Positions 32,035 through 45,028 of a stretch of 64,000 nucleotides of DNA are shown here, piece after piece. Under the pieces are notes generated by a model. The model worked only from the letters and a program-made list of their open reading frames with translations. It was not told where the DNA came from and made no database searches. The stretch spans positions 119,706 to 183,705 of the forward strand of contig JAUCBJ010007945.1 of NCBI GenBank assembly GCA_032718475.1, written 5' to 3'. The position numbers and the translations under genes are program-made. The DNA comes from Nemertoderma westbladi (taxonomy: Eukaryota > Animalia > Xenacoelomorpha). Positions within the stretch are counted from its first letter, which is position 1; each line of letters opens with the position of its first letter.

Positions 32035-35000
32035 GGTAATAATGATAATGGTACAGTAGACGTGGTTAATATTAATAGTACCGTATGGGATAATTCTAAT
32101 CAAACCTTTATTGCAGGAAATACTTTGCCTAGTGGTAGTAATTTAAATTTAAATCAGGACAATCTTAATATTAATGTAGCTACGCAAAATAATCCAAATA
32201 ATCAAAATAATAATAATTCAAATAATTTAATTAATGAGCCAAGCTCGAATTTACAAGATAATTCAAATGATTTTATTTCGAACGAACAAGTTAATTCCGT
32301 TCCCAATACGGGTGCTATTAATGTAAACACGTCGGGCGAGTATGGCCAGACAGATGGGGCCCAGGTAGGCCACCTAGTTGGTAGGCAGGGAGTGGCTGGG
32401 TTAGGTAGACCCGGCGAGGGCCTGGTAGGCCACGTAGTTGGTAGGCAGGGAGTGGCTGGGTTGGATGGACCCAGCGAGGGCCTGGTAGGCCACGTAGTTG
32501 GTAGGCAGGGAGTGGCAGGGTTGAATGGACCCAGCGAGGGCCTGGTAGGCCACATAATTGGTAGGCAGGGTGCAGAGGGCCTGGTAGGCCACGCAATAGC
32601 AGAGGGAGAGGCGGGGGTGAATAGACCCGACCGCAGTAGGGTTGATGTGTCGACTAGAGAGGGATATAGTAGCGGGAAGAGAGATAGCGAAGTTAGATGT
32701 GGCGAGTGGGGGGGGGCTACGAGAGCCCCACAACAGCGAGTTAGCGGCGAAAGGGGGGGGGGGCAGAGAGTGTCCCACAGCCGTCAGCGGATAATGCGAG
32801 GGCCGAAATAGGTAAACCGCAACAACCGGCGACGGAAAGTAATAGGGGGATTGCGAGTATCCCCAGCGGCGTGCGACCGAGCAGAGAGAGACAGGTTGAC
32901 ATCGTAAGAGGGCGGATGAAGCGTCGAGCCCGATCAGAAGAGGGAAGAAGAACAGTGGGGTTTAACCGGGAGGTCGACGAGAGATCTCACGGGCGGGAAT
33001 ACTCCACTGAAAGGAGAAGAAGAGAAGACAGTAGTAGAAGTATCGCCGCGAACGATAGAAGAGCGAGGACGGATAGCGAGCCGTCGGTAGTCGAGATGAG
33101 AACAGAGGGTCAGTGGGGTCGGACTCCGGGAGATTGCCATCGCCCCGGAGAGATGCGACCCGGCGAGGCGCGCTACGCGCCGAGAGAGGGGTACGCGATG
33201 TACCGGTACGAAGATGAGAACAGTAGAGAGGGGGGTCGAAGAGAAACTTTCCGAAGGAATATACCTACCGATCGAGAATACGGTAGCCGTGGGGAGGACT
33301 ACTCGAGAAGGATAAACTTCGATCCCGAGCGACACATGCAGACTGTAGGACATACTGTAGGGCTTACTGCACATACCATAGGCCATACTGAGAGAGGCAA
33401 TGCAGGCGATAGGATAGCGTGGACAACGGGATTAAACCCGGAAGTCGCGGAATACATACCGGCGGGTAGGCCAGAAGCTGATAGGCCTATACCGGTACCA
33501 GTACAACAGTATGACTACAGCATGCAGGGACATAACATATACCCAGGGGAGGGGGGAATTATTGCGGATAGGTGCATGGGCCCCAACATATTAACATCAA
33601 CCCCAGTACCAAACATACCGGTGGGGGGGGACAGGGTGACATTCCCCCATCACAATATCAACAATATACCCCGATAGGAGCAAGAACAACGAGACCCTTG
33701 GATGAGAATAGGTCGTGTGATACAGACATATGGAGGGGGCCGCTACCCCCGATGACATACCCAAGTCAGAGAAAGTCAAGAAATAGGACAGACGGAACGC
33801 ACCAGACAGGAGAAACTATACAGCATCCGTCGAACCCATTGGAAGCACAGGCGATGGGGATGGCCACGTTGATCGACGCGTTGAAAACGAGGATCGAGCT
33901 ACCACCCGTGGAACCATTCAAATTCGATGGGAGCAGGCCGGAAGAATATCTACAGTTTCGGCGCATGTATAGTAACGAAATACTAACAAAAAACTTGACG
34001 CAGGCGGAGTGCCTAAAGTATCTGCAAGTGTACACGGGAGGCCCAGCATACGATATCGTGAGGCAATATCAAGGAATAGAGGGCGGCTTCACGACAGCAT
34101 GGCGGGCACTGGATAGGGAATACGGGCACCCGGCCAAGATCATCAGACAGACATTGAGAGGCATAACATCGGGTGGCCTACAGGATAATCCCGTTAGCAT
34201 TAAGACGTTCGCTAACAAAGTCGAAAAGGCGCTAATCATGCTGAAGACGCTAGACGCGCCGTACGAGCTCAATGCGTCCAACAACATCACCACGATAGCG
34301 CAGGCACTACCAAACTGGCTGCGCAACAAGTGGAGAAAAATCGCCTTCTCCACTCGAGATAAGAAGGGTGCGGAACCGGGTTTAGAAGAAATGTCAAACT
34401 TCTTAAACTACGAGGCTGAGCTAATAACTGACCCAGTCTATAGCGAAGACAGCCTGGGAAAGGGACCGAAGACAGACTACCATAGACCGAAACCAGAGCA
34501 CAGCACATCAAACGCATTACCGAGACTCAGGCAATCATTGCCATATGCAGCGACGCAGGGGACCGCAAGTCCACAGCTAGCCGAGGATAAGACAACACCA
34601 TGGAACGGACAGGGAAACAATAACAACACGAATAAACATAACCCCAGTACGTCCAGTAGGCTAAATCCAAACAATAAGAATAGTAGGGACTTTGGTACAA
34701 ACGCAACTGCGATACGCAATGCACTGTATAAAGAGGGCTACGACCCAAAGAGCAAATGCCAGCTACACGCAAATGCGCTTCATCAAACCATGAACTGCAG
34801 GTACTGGCAGGCGCTATCTAGGCAGGATCAGATAGATTATGCGTTCAGCAATAAAATCTGCTCGCGATGTGTAATGAGTGGACATAGAGCAAGGGAGTGC
34901 AAGGAGAAGCCAATAAAATTTGGTCAAAGGAGAGGCCAAACGATGGCGACCAGCACAGTAGGGGCGAAGAAGAGGGGAACGGTGCTACTTGGAGTAGTAC

Positions 35001-35062
35001 CAGTGCGAGTGATCGGGGAAGGCAATTGATCAGTAACAACACTAATGCTGGTTGATAGTGGA
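32035..35062 (+). pseudogene. gag: A2 gag and protease start (frameshifts, in-frame TGA at 35027-35029)
   Basis: KFDGSRPEEYLQF...AWRALDREYG; CQLHANALHQTMNC and CSRCVMSGHRAREC; LLGVVPVRV...MLVDSG. The 5' boundary is uncertain. Confidence 0.8.
32359..32592 (+). repeat. 60-bp coding tandem repeat (GHVVGRQGVAGLDGPSEGLV, about four copies)
   Basis: Directly visible. Confidence 0.9.
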
Positions 35063-36671
35063 TGTTCGCGGTATTTCAACTTTCCATAACGCGAGTTGAA
35101 TATTTTTGTATTTATTTAAAATTGATTATTCCGATATTACTACTGGGTGCGGGACCATGGGTTTTGGGCACATTCAATAAACTGGGGGCGATTTATGGGC
35201 GAACTTTGGGGCAACTTACAGGGTACGGGAATAATTTCATAGTTATAAGGGCCAGGGGGGGATGGAAAATGCAAGCAGTATTCAGGTTAGCCTGAGTACT
35301 ATTAGGCCCTGGCCAACTTCCTGCTGCCTGTAGGGGTGGATTTGGTAATGCGCCAGGCCTAAAGGACAAGGACTGCCCTTAGCGGTCCCTGGCCAACAGC
35401 AGCCATTACGAGACTGAAAAGAACTCGGACCGCTGACTGCTTGTGTCAGGGATTTGCGACGGGAAACGACAGCCCCTTAGTAGCCAAGCCGTTCTGGTTC
35501 TCGATGATCGAACCCTTCGGGGTTCGTGAGGGGTGGAGCGGACACGCGAACGGGTGGCCGACTAACGACTGCCCCCTGAGCTAAGCCGTACTGGTTCTCG
35601 ATGACCGATCCCTTCGGGGATCGCGAGGGGTGGGACGGACATGCGAAAGGGCTGGCCACAGGATGGGTTTGACGAGGACTGCCCTTAGCGGTCTCTGGTC
35701 AACGGCAGCTATTACGAGACTGAAAAGAACTCGGAACGCTGACTGCTTGTACCGGGGATCTGCGACGGGAACCGACGACAGACCCCTTAGCCAAGCCGTA
35801 CTGGTTCTCGATGATCGTTCCCTTCGGGGTTCGTGAGGGGTGGAACGGACACGCGACGGGGTCGAAAGACAAAGGACTAGACTCTACTGGCCTACCGACT
35901 GTTCGGAGCAGTTTCTCGGCTGCTGAAGCGACTACGAGCCTGAAAGGGACTCAGAAAGCCTAGGTGGTTGGGTTTCTGCGATGAACCGACGGACCCCTAG
36001 CCAAGCCGTTCTGGTTCTCGATGATCGAACCCTTCGGGGTTCGTGAGGGGTGGAACGGACACGCGAACGGGTCCACCGACACGACAGACTCCTAGCCAAG
36101 CCGTACTGGTTCTCGATGACCGATCCCTTCGGGGTTCGAGAGGGGCGGTACGGATACGCGACAGAGTCTACCGACTGGACCGACCCTTAGCCAAGCCGGG
36201 CTGGTTCTCGATGATCGTTACCTTCGGGGTTCGTGAGGGGTGGAACGGACACGCGACAGGGTCGACCGACACCGACACTACGGCACTAATACTAGGACCG
36301 AGGGAAAATCTGGGGAACATTAGGTAGGCTAAAATCTGAGCGAACAGTGGGTAATTAAATAATATACCGTAGGGATTTATATTATCGTGTATAATTATTG
36401 TGAATATTTGGTGTATATTGATTTGGGGAAGCCCAAAATTATTCTTAATCAGGTTTCAGGTTTCAATGATGTTGAACAGGTTTCAACTATAGGAAGTTAC
36501 ATTAAAGAGTATATCCAACTAATGCAGCTTTTTATCAACCGCAAACTTGCATCTCAGAAAACATTCCTTCTCCACAATCAATATCCGGTGACTGGCCGGG
36601 GCTCGGTGGTCTGTAAAGTCACGTCCCCAGCATCGGCGTTTTTCCCCCCTGGTGTTGGGATAACGGCAACA
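35063..36671 (+). repeat. B2 5' LTR (1609 bp, six UUCG units)
   Basis: About 7 differences counted by eye against 47786-49394. Confidence 0.97.
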
Positions 36672-36673
36672 AA

Positions 36674-36686
36674 ATTAAGAATAATT
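36674..36686 (+). promoter_or_regulatory. Non-tRNA primer-binding site of B2, complementary to LTR 36437-36449
   Basis: ATTAAGAATAATT versus AATTATTCTTAAT; compensatory change relative to B1. Confidence 0.75.
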
Positions 36687-36922
36687 AATGCGGTTAATTT
36701 TGACAAGGTGTCAAAATTAAGAATAATTACGGTCAACTTCAACTGGTGGAAGTTGAGAATCCTTCAATACTCTTCAAAAACTCTCTACGTGCTTGCCAGC
36801 ACCCACTACGAGGAAACTCTGGTATTTGAGTTGAGACGAAGTCGTGGTTTAATTAATCAACAAACTCGATCTAACCAACTCGTAGTCGGCAGATCACATA
36901 TTTGGAGAGTTGTTAACAGGGA

Positions 36923-37114
36923 ATGGAAGTATCGATCACACCCATTGATATAATCCAAGTTGAGCCAGGAATCTGGCACGTCGAAGTTGAAGTACAAGGA
37001 ACGAACGTCGGACGATTCAGGATTACCGTTCGGGTGGTCCAAGCTGAGTACAATACCTACGAGGAACTGTTTTATGACATCGCGTATCTAGCTATCGACG
37101 AGGCGTTACAATGA
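36923..37114 (+). CDS. ORF0, 63-aa protein upstream of gag (B2)
   Basis: Protein identical to B1 ORF0; ATGA overlap with gag. Confidence 0.72.
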   Translation: MEVSITPIDIIQVEPGIWHVEVEVQGTNVGRFRITVRVVQAEYNTYEELFYDIAYLAIDEALQ

Positions 37115-40100
37115 CGACAAATAACGTATCCGATACCGACGAGATGGATCACCACACAGACTCGGAAGCCGACGAGGTACCAAACGTCAAGAACATGACC
37201 CGTCGGCTAGGGGCTCTCAAAGGCGGAGTAACCCGAGCGTATCAACGGATGGAGAAACAACTCAAGGGAGTCAAAACCCCCCTCAATGAGGTACAAACTC
37301 AGCTTCAAAGTATCCGAAATATCCTACAGCGGTACGAAAGAATGATACAGGCGTACCAAGAGCTCGTTCCCTCCACCGATCAGGAAAACTACCCCAAGTT
37401 GGAAGAACACGTTGTACATCTAGATGGGTTCCGCAAACAACACCGGATGACCCTCAGCCTTGTGAGAGGCTATGAAGAACAGTATTACAAGAGGGCTGAA
37501 AGAACAGACGCGGAATCAGTACGATCCTCCAGCATCAGGACAGCAGTACATCGCAAGAGAACGGGGTCCGCTAGAAATCAGCACTCCAGCGCTAGGAGCG
37601 AGATATCCGGCTCAGCGCGCAGTTCTCAAGGGGCGCCGCCACTCCGAGACCAACTGCGAGAACGGAAGGCATTAGCCCTCAAAGCTCGGATGGAAGATGA
37701 GTATATTCAACTGCAAGCCGAGCAAGATGTATTAGCCGCCGAAACACAAAAGCGAGAGGCCGAACAAGCGGCCGAACGGCAGGCCGAACAACGCGAACAG
37801 GAGGCCGAACAACATAGACGAGAGGACGAACGGCAGGCCGAACAACGTAAACGAGAGGACGAACGGCAGGCCGAACAACGCAAACAGGAGGCCGAACAAC
37901 GCGGACGAGAGGCCGAACGAGAGATCGAACAACGTAAATGGGAAGCAGAAATGCGTAAACAACACGCCGAGGCCCAAGCAATTCTCATCCACAAAAAGAA
38001 TGCGGATATTGCAAAACTCGTGGAATACGAAGCCGCACTTATAGAACGAGATATTCAACTCTAAGAGGACTGGGAAAGGGATATAGATCAGGAATATGAA
38101 CCAGTCCCGGTACCGGAGTTAGAAAAGTCATTTACACCAACAGCGGCGAGACTTCCGAAACCCGAGATCCCGCCTACCAAACAGTCTACTCTATCGGCAC
38201 AAGCACCGGTGTTCCATCCCCCACCGGCTACGCTAAAGAATGAGGAACCTTATTTCCCATCCAACACTACCACAGCGAGTGTACCCAAGTACGAGCCTGA
38301 AAAGGACTCGGAACGGGACGCCACTCCCCGATCTAACAACCCATTTACGTCCACACCACAAACTCGTAGCCGCGTCATTATTAAAACTCCACCTATTATT
38401 GATCCATCAAGTATGGGAGTGAGTGCCAATAACTATAACCCTCCGAGTCACTCCGGTTCAGACGACGTCAGCATCATCCGGGCGTTGGAGAACCGCCTTG
38501 CCATGCCTAAGATGGAGATTCGCACCTTCGAAGGAGATCCCGTCGATTACCTCAGATTCAAGAAACGGTTCTTTGCGCAGATCGGATCAACGGACATAGC
38601 CGACGCACAGAAATTGGTATATTTATCGCAATACCTGGGTGACAAACCACGCAGAATTATTGCATGTTTTGAAGGAGGTTCTCATGAGGCATACTATGAC
38701 GCATGGAAAACTCTAGATAAAAGATACGGAAATACCGGAACTATAATTAATAAAACTCTAGAGAGACTGATACAGGACGCGGGATCACTAGGGGACCCAC
38801 AGAACATCCAGGAATTCTCCGACTCTATGAAGGATGCCTACTATACTCTGAAGCCCTTAAATAAGGAGGACCAGGTGAACAACATTCTAAACCTCCGACA
38901 GATCGCCCGGAAGTTTCCCGGATGGTTACAAAGTAAGTGGGCTTATAAATGTGTAGATCTCCGGTGCAGACATCCAGATCGAGATCCTAGCTTCCTTGAA
39001 ATGTCGGCATTCCTGGACGATATCTCCGAAGCCATGAATGACTCGACGTTTTCAAAACAGAGTCTCGCAAAGTTGGACGGAATAGAGAGCAACTCCAGGA
39101 GTAAGATAACCCCTCCGAAACCGAGATTCCGCCCCCCACCGGTGAGTACGATGGCCATTACCATGGCCGAGGATTCCGACGACGAAGACTACGAGGAACC
39201 GACATCCGCCGAGGAATGGGCATGTTATCTCGCGAGTTGGGCACCCGAAAGGGAAGGCATCACAAATTTCCTGCTCTGTCTCTTCTGTGGGGAGAAACAT
39301 AAAGTGGAATTCTGCAGAAAGTTTCAGTTCGCCGAACTCGTCCCACGCTTCGAGGCGATAATGAAACACCGAGGATGCTTCCGGTGTCTTGGAACAGGTC
39401 ACTATGTTCGGGAGTGCGACCAAAGATCATGCTGTGCTGTCTGTAACGACCAACGCCATCACACGCTCCTCCACATCCCCGCGAACTTCGATTTTACTAC
39501 CCTCCCCTTTCGGATCGAAGCCAGGCGAAGAGGAGAAACAAACCACGTCTTCAAAGGAACCCGGACAACCCAACGGAGAGAAACCAACCCGTTTAAAATC
39601 TCCACCGATACACCACAAGTAACAAATGTTTCGGCCACGATTAATCTTATAAATCGCCGCTACATGGTCTTCGCAAAGGTAATCCCAGTAAGGATCCAAG
39701 GAGTCGGCAAATCTTTGACGACACTCGCGTTCCTCGATAACGGGTCCGACGGAACCATCATCGACCGGGATTTCCTCGAGCAACTCGGCCTAGAATATGA
39801 ACCTTGTAAACGGCCCATACAAACCATCACCGATAACAGAGAGGTAGAGTCCGGGGAGGTGCAACTCCAGATGGAAGGAGTGATGAAGGGCTACGAAACG
39901 GTTAAGTTAACCATCAAGAACGCCTTGGTACACACAGACCTCCGGGTGCGGTTCCGACAATCAGCCGAGTACGCCCCCCTCATACAATTGGACCGAGACG
40001 ATGTAGACCTGAGGTGTCCGCAGTTGGACGTAAACTGCATCACCCTACTGATCGGACTTGATACACCGGAACTACACATCCCCACCGGAGATATCGCCCG

Positions 40101-43100
40101 ATCTATAAACCAGGATGACGGATTTTATGCTGAACGAACAATAATGGGATGGACACTCTGCGGCATTAAGGAGGAAACTACGGACACCTATACCTACCTT
40201 CCCAAATGCCAGATTAAAGAGAATGCAACCTCCGTGGGTTATTGCTCAGCTTCGGATTTTGACGAGGATTTGTTTCTGGAAACCGAGAAAACCCAACGAG
40301 AGATGACGAAATATTTTAATTTGGAGACCCAGGAGTTCGCGGAAAAGGACGAAAACCCATCCGAAGAGGACCAATATTGTATGGACGTTCTCGACCAGGC
40401 CACGTTTAAAGACGGACACTGGTGTTCACCTATGTTATGGAAGGACCCAAACAAACCAATGGCAAACAACGCCAGCATGGCACTTAGGCGACTTAAAGGG
40501 ATTTTACGCCGGCTGAATGACCAACCCGAGATAAAGGAGAAATATAATACCGTAATCCAAGGATATCTCGATGATGGATTAGCAGAAATGGTACCACGGA
40601 ACGAACTGCAAGGTGGTAAAAGAACATATTATCTCCCAACCCACTATGTAGTAGAAGCCCACAAAGGTGGGAAAATCCGAGTGGTAAATGATGCTGCCGC
40701 TATGTACCAGGGCGAATCCCTAAACAGTCAACTTTACACGGGACCCAACATATATAGCACACTCATCGGCGTATTGATCAGGTTCAGGGAAAACCGGGTA
40801 GCATTCACCTGTGACATCAAGGCCATGTTTCATCAAGTTCGTACGTTACCAGGAGACTCGGACTGTCTACGTATCCTATGGACGGATAAAACGCTTACTC
40901 AACAGGAGATTAGCCAACTCACGATAAAGGACGTAGACGTAATGCGTATGGTCGTCAGGATCTTCGGCGCTAAGGACTCGCCGGTAGCATGCAGTGACAT
41001 GCTAAAGAGGACGGCAACTATGTGCGAAAACGAGTTCCCTCCAACCGTCATAGAAACCATTCGACGATGCTTCTATGTGGACGACGGATGCGCCGGCGCG
41101 GATAATGTGGATGAGGCATATCGGCTAGCAATGGGGATGGTAGAATGTCTAAAGAAAGGAGGGTTTCCGCTCGTGAAGTTCAGATCCCACGACAAAACAC
41201 TTATGGAAAAGTTTCCGGAGGACATCCGGCTGGAAAATAACAAAATGTATTCGGAGGATGTGGAACATCGTGTACTCGGGATTGAATGGGACATAGAATC
41301 AGACGAATTCATCTTCAAATATAAACCCCTACCCAAGCCTATGACAAAAAGGGGATGTTTGTCGATAAAAAGCGCCATCTTCGACCCACTAAATTTCATA
41401 TCTCCAGTAACCTTGGCCGGAATGAACCTGATTAAGGAAATGTGGATAGAAGGACTGGGATGGGACGAAGAGCTCCCCCCATACCTCAGCGTCAAATGGA
41501 GAAAATGGACGGAGCAGCTCGAACACCTACATCTTATGCGGATACCTAGACCGTTCTTCCTCGATAAATTGCCCACCGATATCTTCCAGCTCCACACCTT
41601 TTCGGATGCTTCGAATACCGGAATCGGCGTAGTCACCTTCTTACGGAGACTAAGTAACGATGGAAACGGCGATACAAGCTTCTTATTCTCCAAAGCAAAG
41701 ACAGTATCCGGGGAATTCGTAGCAACGATTCCGAGACTCGAGCTACAAGCTGCAGTTTGGGCAGTAAGACAGAATCGCATGGTCATGCGGAATCTACAGA
41801 TCCCCATAGAATCTCAACACTTCTGGGTCGATTCGAGTATAGTTCTCTATTATCTCCACTCTCCATCACGGCGTCACACCACGTTTGTTGCAAACCGAGC
41901 CACGGAGATTAAACAGTGTACCGGCCGAGAACAGTGGCATCACGTGAACGGGAAGGAAAACCCAGCGGACTTATCAAGCCGAGGCGCCACCCCAAAACAA
42001 CTCGGTAAAAGTAAACTCTGGCTTACAGGCCCGGAATTCCTACGGCAGCCACAATTAACATGGAGTACCCGATTCGACCCCGAGCTCGATAGCGGAAAAT
42101 ACTCCGAGGACGATAAAGAGATCCGTAAAATCCATCGAAGCAACGCGGTGGAAATTTATAGTTGTCTGACTGAGCCTGCAAAGGACTCGGGCAGGCACTA
42201 TAACGTCGCGACGATCACTCAACTGGCGGCGTCTTTACATCGGTTGATCGAGCGAACTTCATCCATGAGACAGCTCGTCCACCACATTATAACCCTTCGC
42301 AACTTCCTACGGTGGAAAAACAACAAACCGATAGTTCAACGGAATATACAAGAACTCATTATCGCGGAGAAGTGTATTGTTAGATATGTCCAGAAAGAAA
42401 GTTTCCCTGATGAATGGGAACAACTTAGTGCGGGCAAAACGTTGAAACCGGACAGCCCAGTCTACCAACTGAGACCAATGATGGGAGAGGACGGACTGAT
42501 CCGACTGAATACCCGGATGGCAAACGCCCCGGTCGAATATGAGGTTAAATACCCGGCGCTTCTGCCCGGAACGTCGACACTAGCTAAGCTATTAATTCTA
42601 CAATGTCACGAGGACAACCACCACGCAGGACAGAATTGGATTATAGCTAATATAAGACAAAGATATTGGATCACCCACATCCAGCCACTGATCCGGAAAG
42701 TGTTGAAACGTTGCTTCACCTGCAGACGTTACCTAGCGCCACCAATCACCCAAAAGATGGCCGACTTACCAGCCACCCGTCTACAAGCGGATTCCCCACC
42801 ATTCTACGTCACCGGAGTGGACTGTTTCGGACCGTTCACGGTTATTGAACGACGATCCAACATCAAATGCTGGGGAGCCATCTTCACCTGCCTGAGGTCT
42901 TGGGCAATTTACCTAGATATCGTGGTAAATCTGACACAACACGCATTCATCAACGCTCTGCGTCGGTTCGTGGCGAACAACGGGACATGCCGCCACATGT
43001 ATTCCGATAATGGTACAAACTTTGTGGGAGGAGAAAGAGAACTTAGAGAGGCGATCGAGGGATGGTTTACCGATAACACCGCATCCCAAGTCTGGAAGGA

Positions 43101-43779
43101 ACACCAGATACAGTGGCACTTCCAGACCCCCTTAGCACCCCATACGAGCGGGGTATGGGAGAAACTGATCGACCTAGTGAAACGATCCATGCGCGTCGCT
43201 CTAGGCGATACCCGGGTAACCCATGACACCCTCCGCACAACATTCTGCGAGATCACGGCTACCCTGAACAACCGACCCATTGTCCCTATCCGCGACGACC
43301 CCACAGACCTGGAGCCCCTCACTCCTAACCACCTACTGGGGAGACCCAAAACCCACGTTCTCCCGGAAACCATGTTTCCGGATCCCAACGAGATCGCGAA
43401 ACATACAAACTGGAAAAAGGCCCAAGCGTTGGCAGCGCATTGGTGGAGAATTTGGGCCCAGGAGTACCTCATAACCCTCCGGACCAGGAGGAAATGGAAC
43501 AACACCTACCGGAACGTCGCAGTTGGCGACATGGTACTAGTTAAAGAAGATCTCAAAGACCGCGTTCACTGGCCTGTGGCGCGGGTCGTGACCATACACC
43601 CAAGCAAAGACGGACTTGCGAGGACTGTGACGATACGAACGGCAAAGGGCCACTACCAATGCCCTATCCAGAGGCTGTGCCTTCTCGAAGGCAATGATAG
43701 CGGTGACTCTACGAGAGGTGATAAGATCCCTACTCAAGATCCTGCTGTGGACATTGGTGACAATTACAAACCCGTTTAA
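37111..43779 (+). pseudogene. gag-pol: B2 gag-pol polyprotein with one premature stop (TAA 38062-38064, TAC in B1)
   Basis: Same motifs as B1 and otherwise one open frame. Confidence 0.95.
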
Positions 43780-44074
43780 ACCTTCTTATCATGTTGACAA
43801 ACTCTTATAAAACTGTGATTTATCGACAACGAGTTGTGGACCCCCCTTAAACCAACTGTAACCACGCAATGGTATTTGTGTTTCCTCGTGTGTTATGTGG
43901 AGTCCAGCATCACCCTGCAGATGTTTCGACTGACGCAGGGTCGTTTATGTATTGTTTACCCTGATTTTGGTCATCGGGACTAACGGTATTGGATTATTGG
44001 AAATGGAAAAGATTTGAAGTGGAATTCATTGTATTCATCGCAGTATGTTATGTTGTCCATTGCGTGCGCAGTTC

Positions 44075-44474
44075 GGGGCGTAGGTGGTGTAACGAGTCCA
44101 GCTGTAGATCCTGGATTGCCGCGCAACACCCCCTCTATCCCGTTATTCTGGTGGGTCCATGGTGCATCCACATGACTTCGACGATAGAGGGTTTTATGTT
44201 TCTCAGTCGCGTTATTCTGGTGGGACTGTTGGGTGGATTTTGGGGCGTAGGCGGTGTAACGAGTCCAGCTGTAGATCCCAGAATGTTGCGTAACCCCATC
44301 CCACATGACTTCGTCGACTGAGCTTTATGTTGTTGGGAGTGTTATTCTGGTGGGTCCCTAGTGCATCCACGTGACTTCACTCCCAGCGTCTTCATTGTCC
44401 GTTACGTGCGCAGTTTGGGGCGTAGGCGGTGTAACGAGTCCAGCTGTAGATCCCAGATTGCCGCGTAACACCCC
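44075..44474 (+). repeat. Three interleaved repeats between B2 pol and the accessory ORF
   Basis: Homologous to 25169-25568. Confidence 0.9.
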
Positions 44475-45028
44475 TTCCACGACAAAGATTAACCAAAGAA
44501 AATGATTGAATATAGTTGGAAACGATGAAAAGGATCAGACAACTCTACTATAAACCTGAATGATGACGCGTATGCTGATGAAAATGTAATGATGCGCACC
44601 CTGGTACTGCGCTTATAACCAATGATGATAGCCGGGGGGCTATAAACCCAATGATGATGTGGAAATAAATAAATGTGAAATAAATGGTGGAACTAAATGA
44701 TGAAATATATGTGGAAATAAATGAAATGAGATGGAATAATAATGAAATGAAAAAAGACAAAAAAAAAAGGTATAAAAAAGTCTAAAGAAAAGAATTAGAA
44801 AAAAGAAAAGGACAAAAAAGTCATAAAAAACTGGTTGGATATTAATGTATAGTTATAGTAACTGTAAATGCTGAATGTATTAGCAATAAGATGATAGATG
44901 TCTATATAGCAATATTATTTAATAAACTGAATTAAATAAAAAACTGAATTATTCTGCTATCGCTATAGTTTCAGACTTTCTGGACTTATAATTAACTGAT
45001 CTAATTTGTAACGGATATAATCGTAAAT

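Noticed and set aside
30769-32811. 680-aa RT with an N/G-rich tail as a novel fusion gene
   Set aside because: It is a chance read-through across the LINE-beta antisense end, the LINE-alpha RT, a G homopolymer and the A2 gag region.
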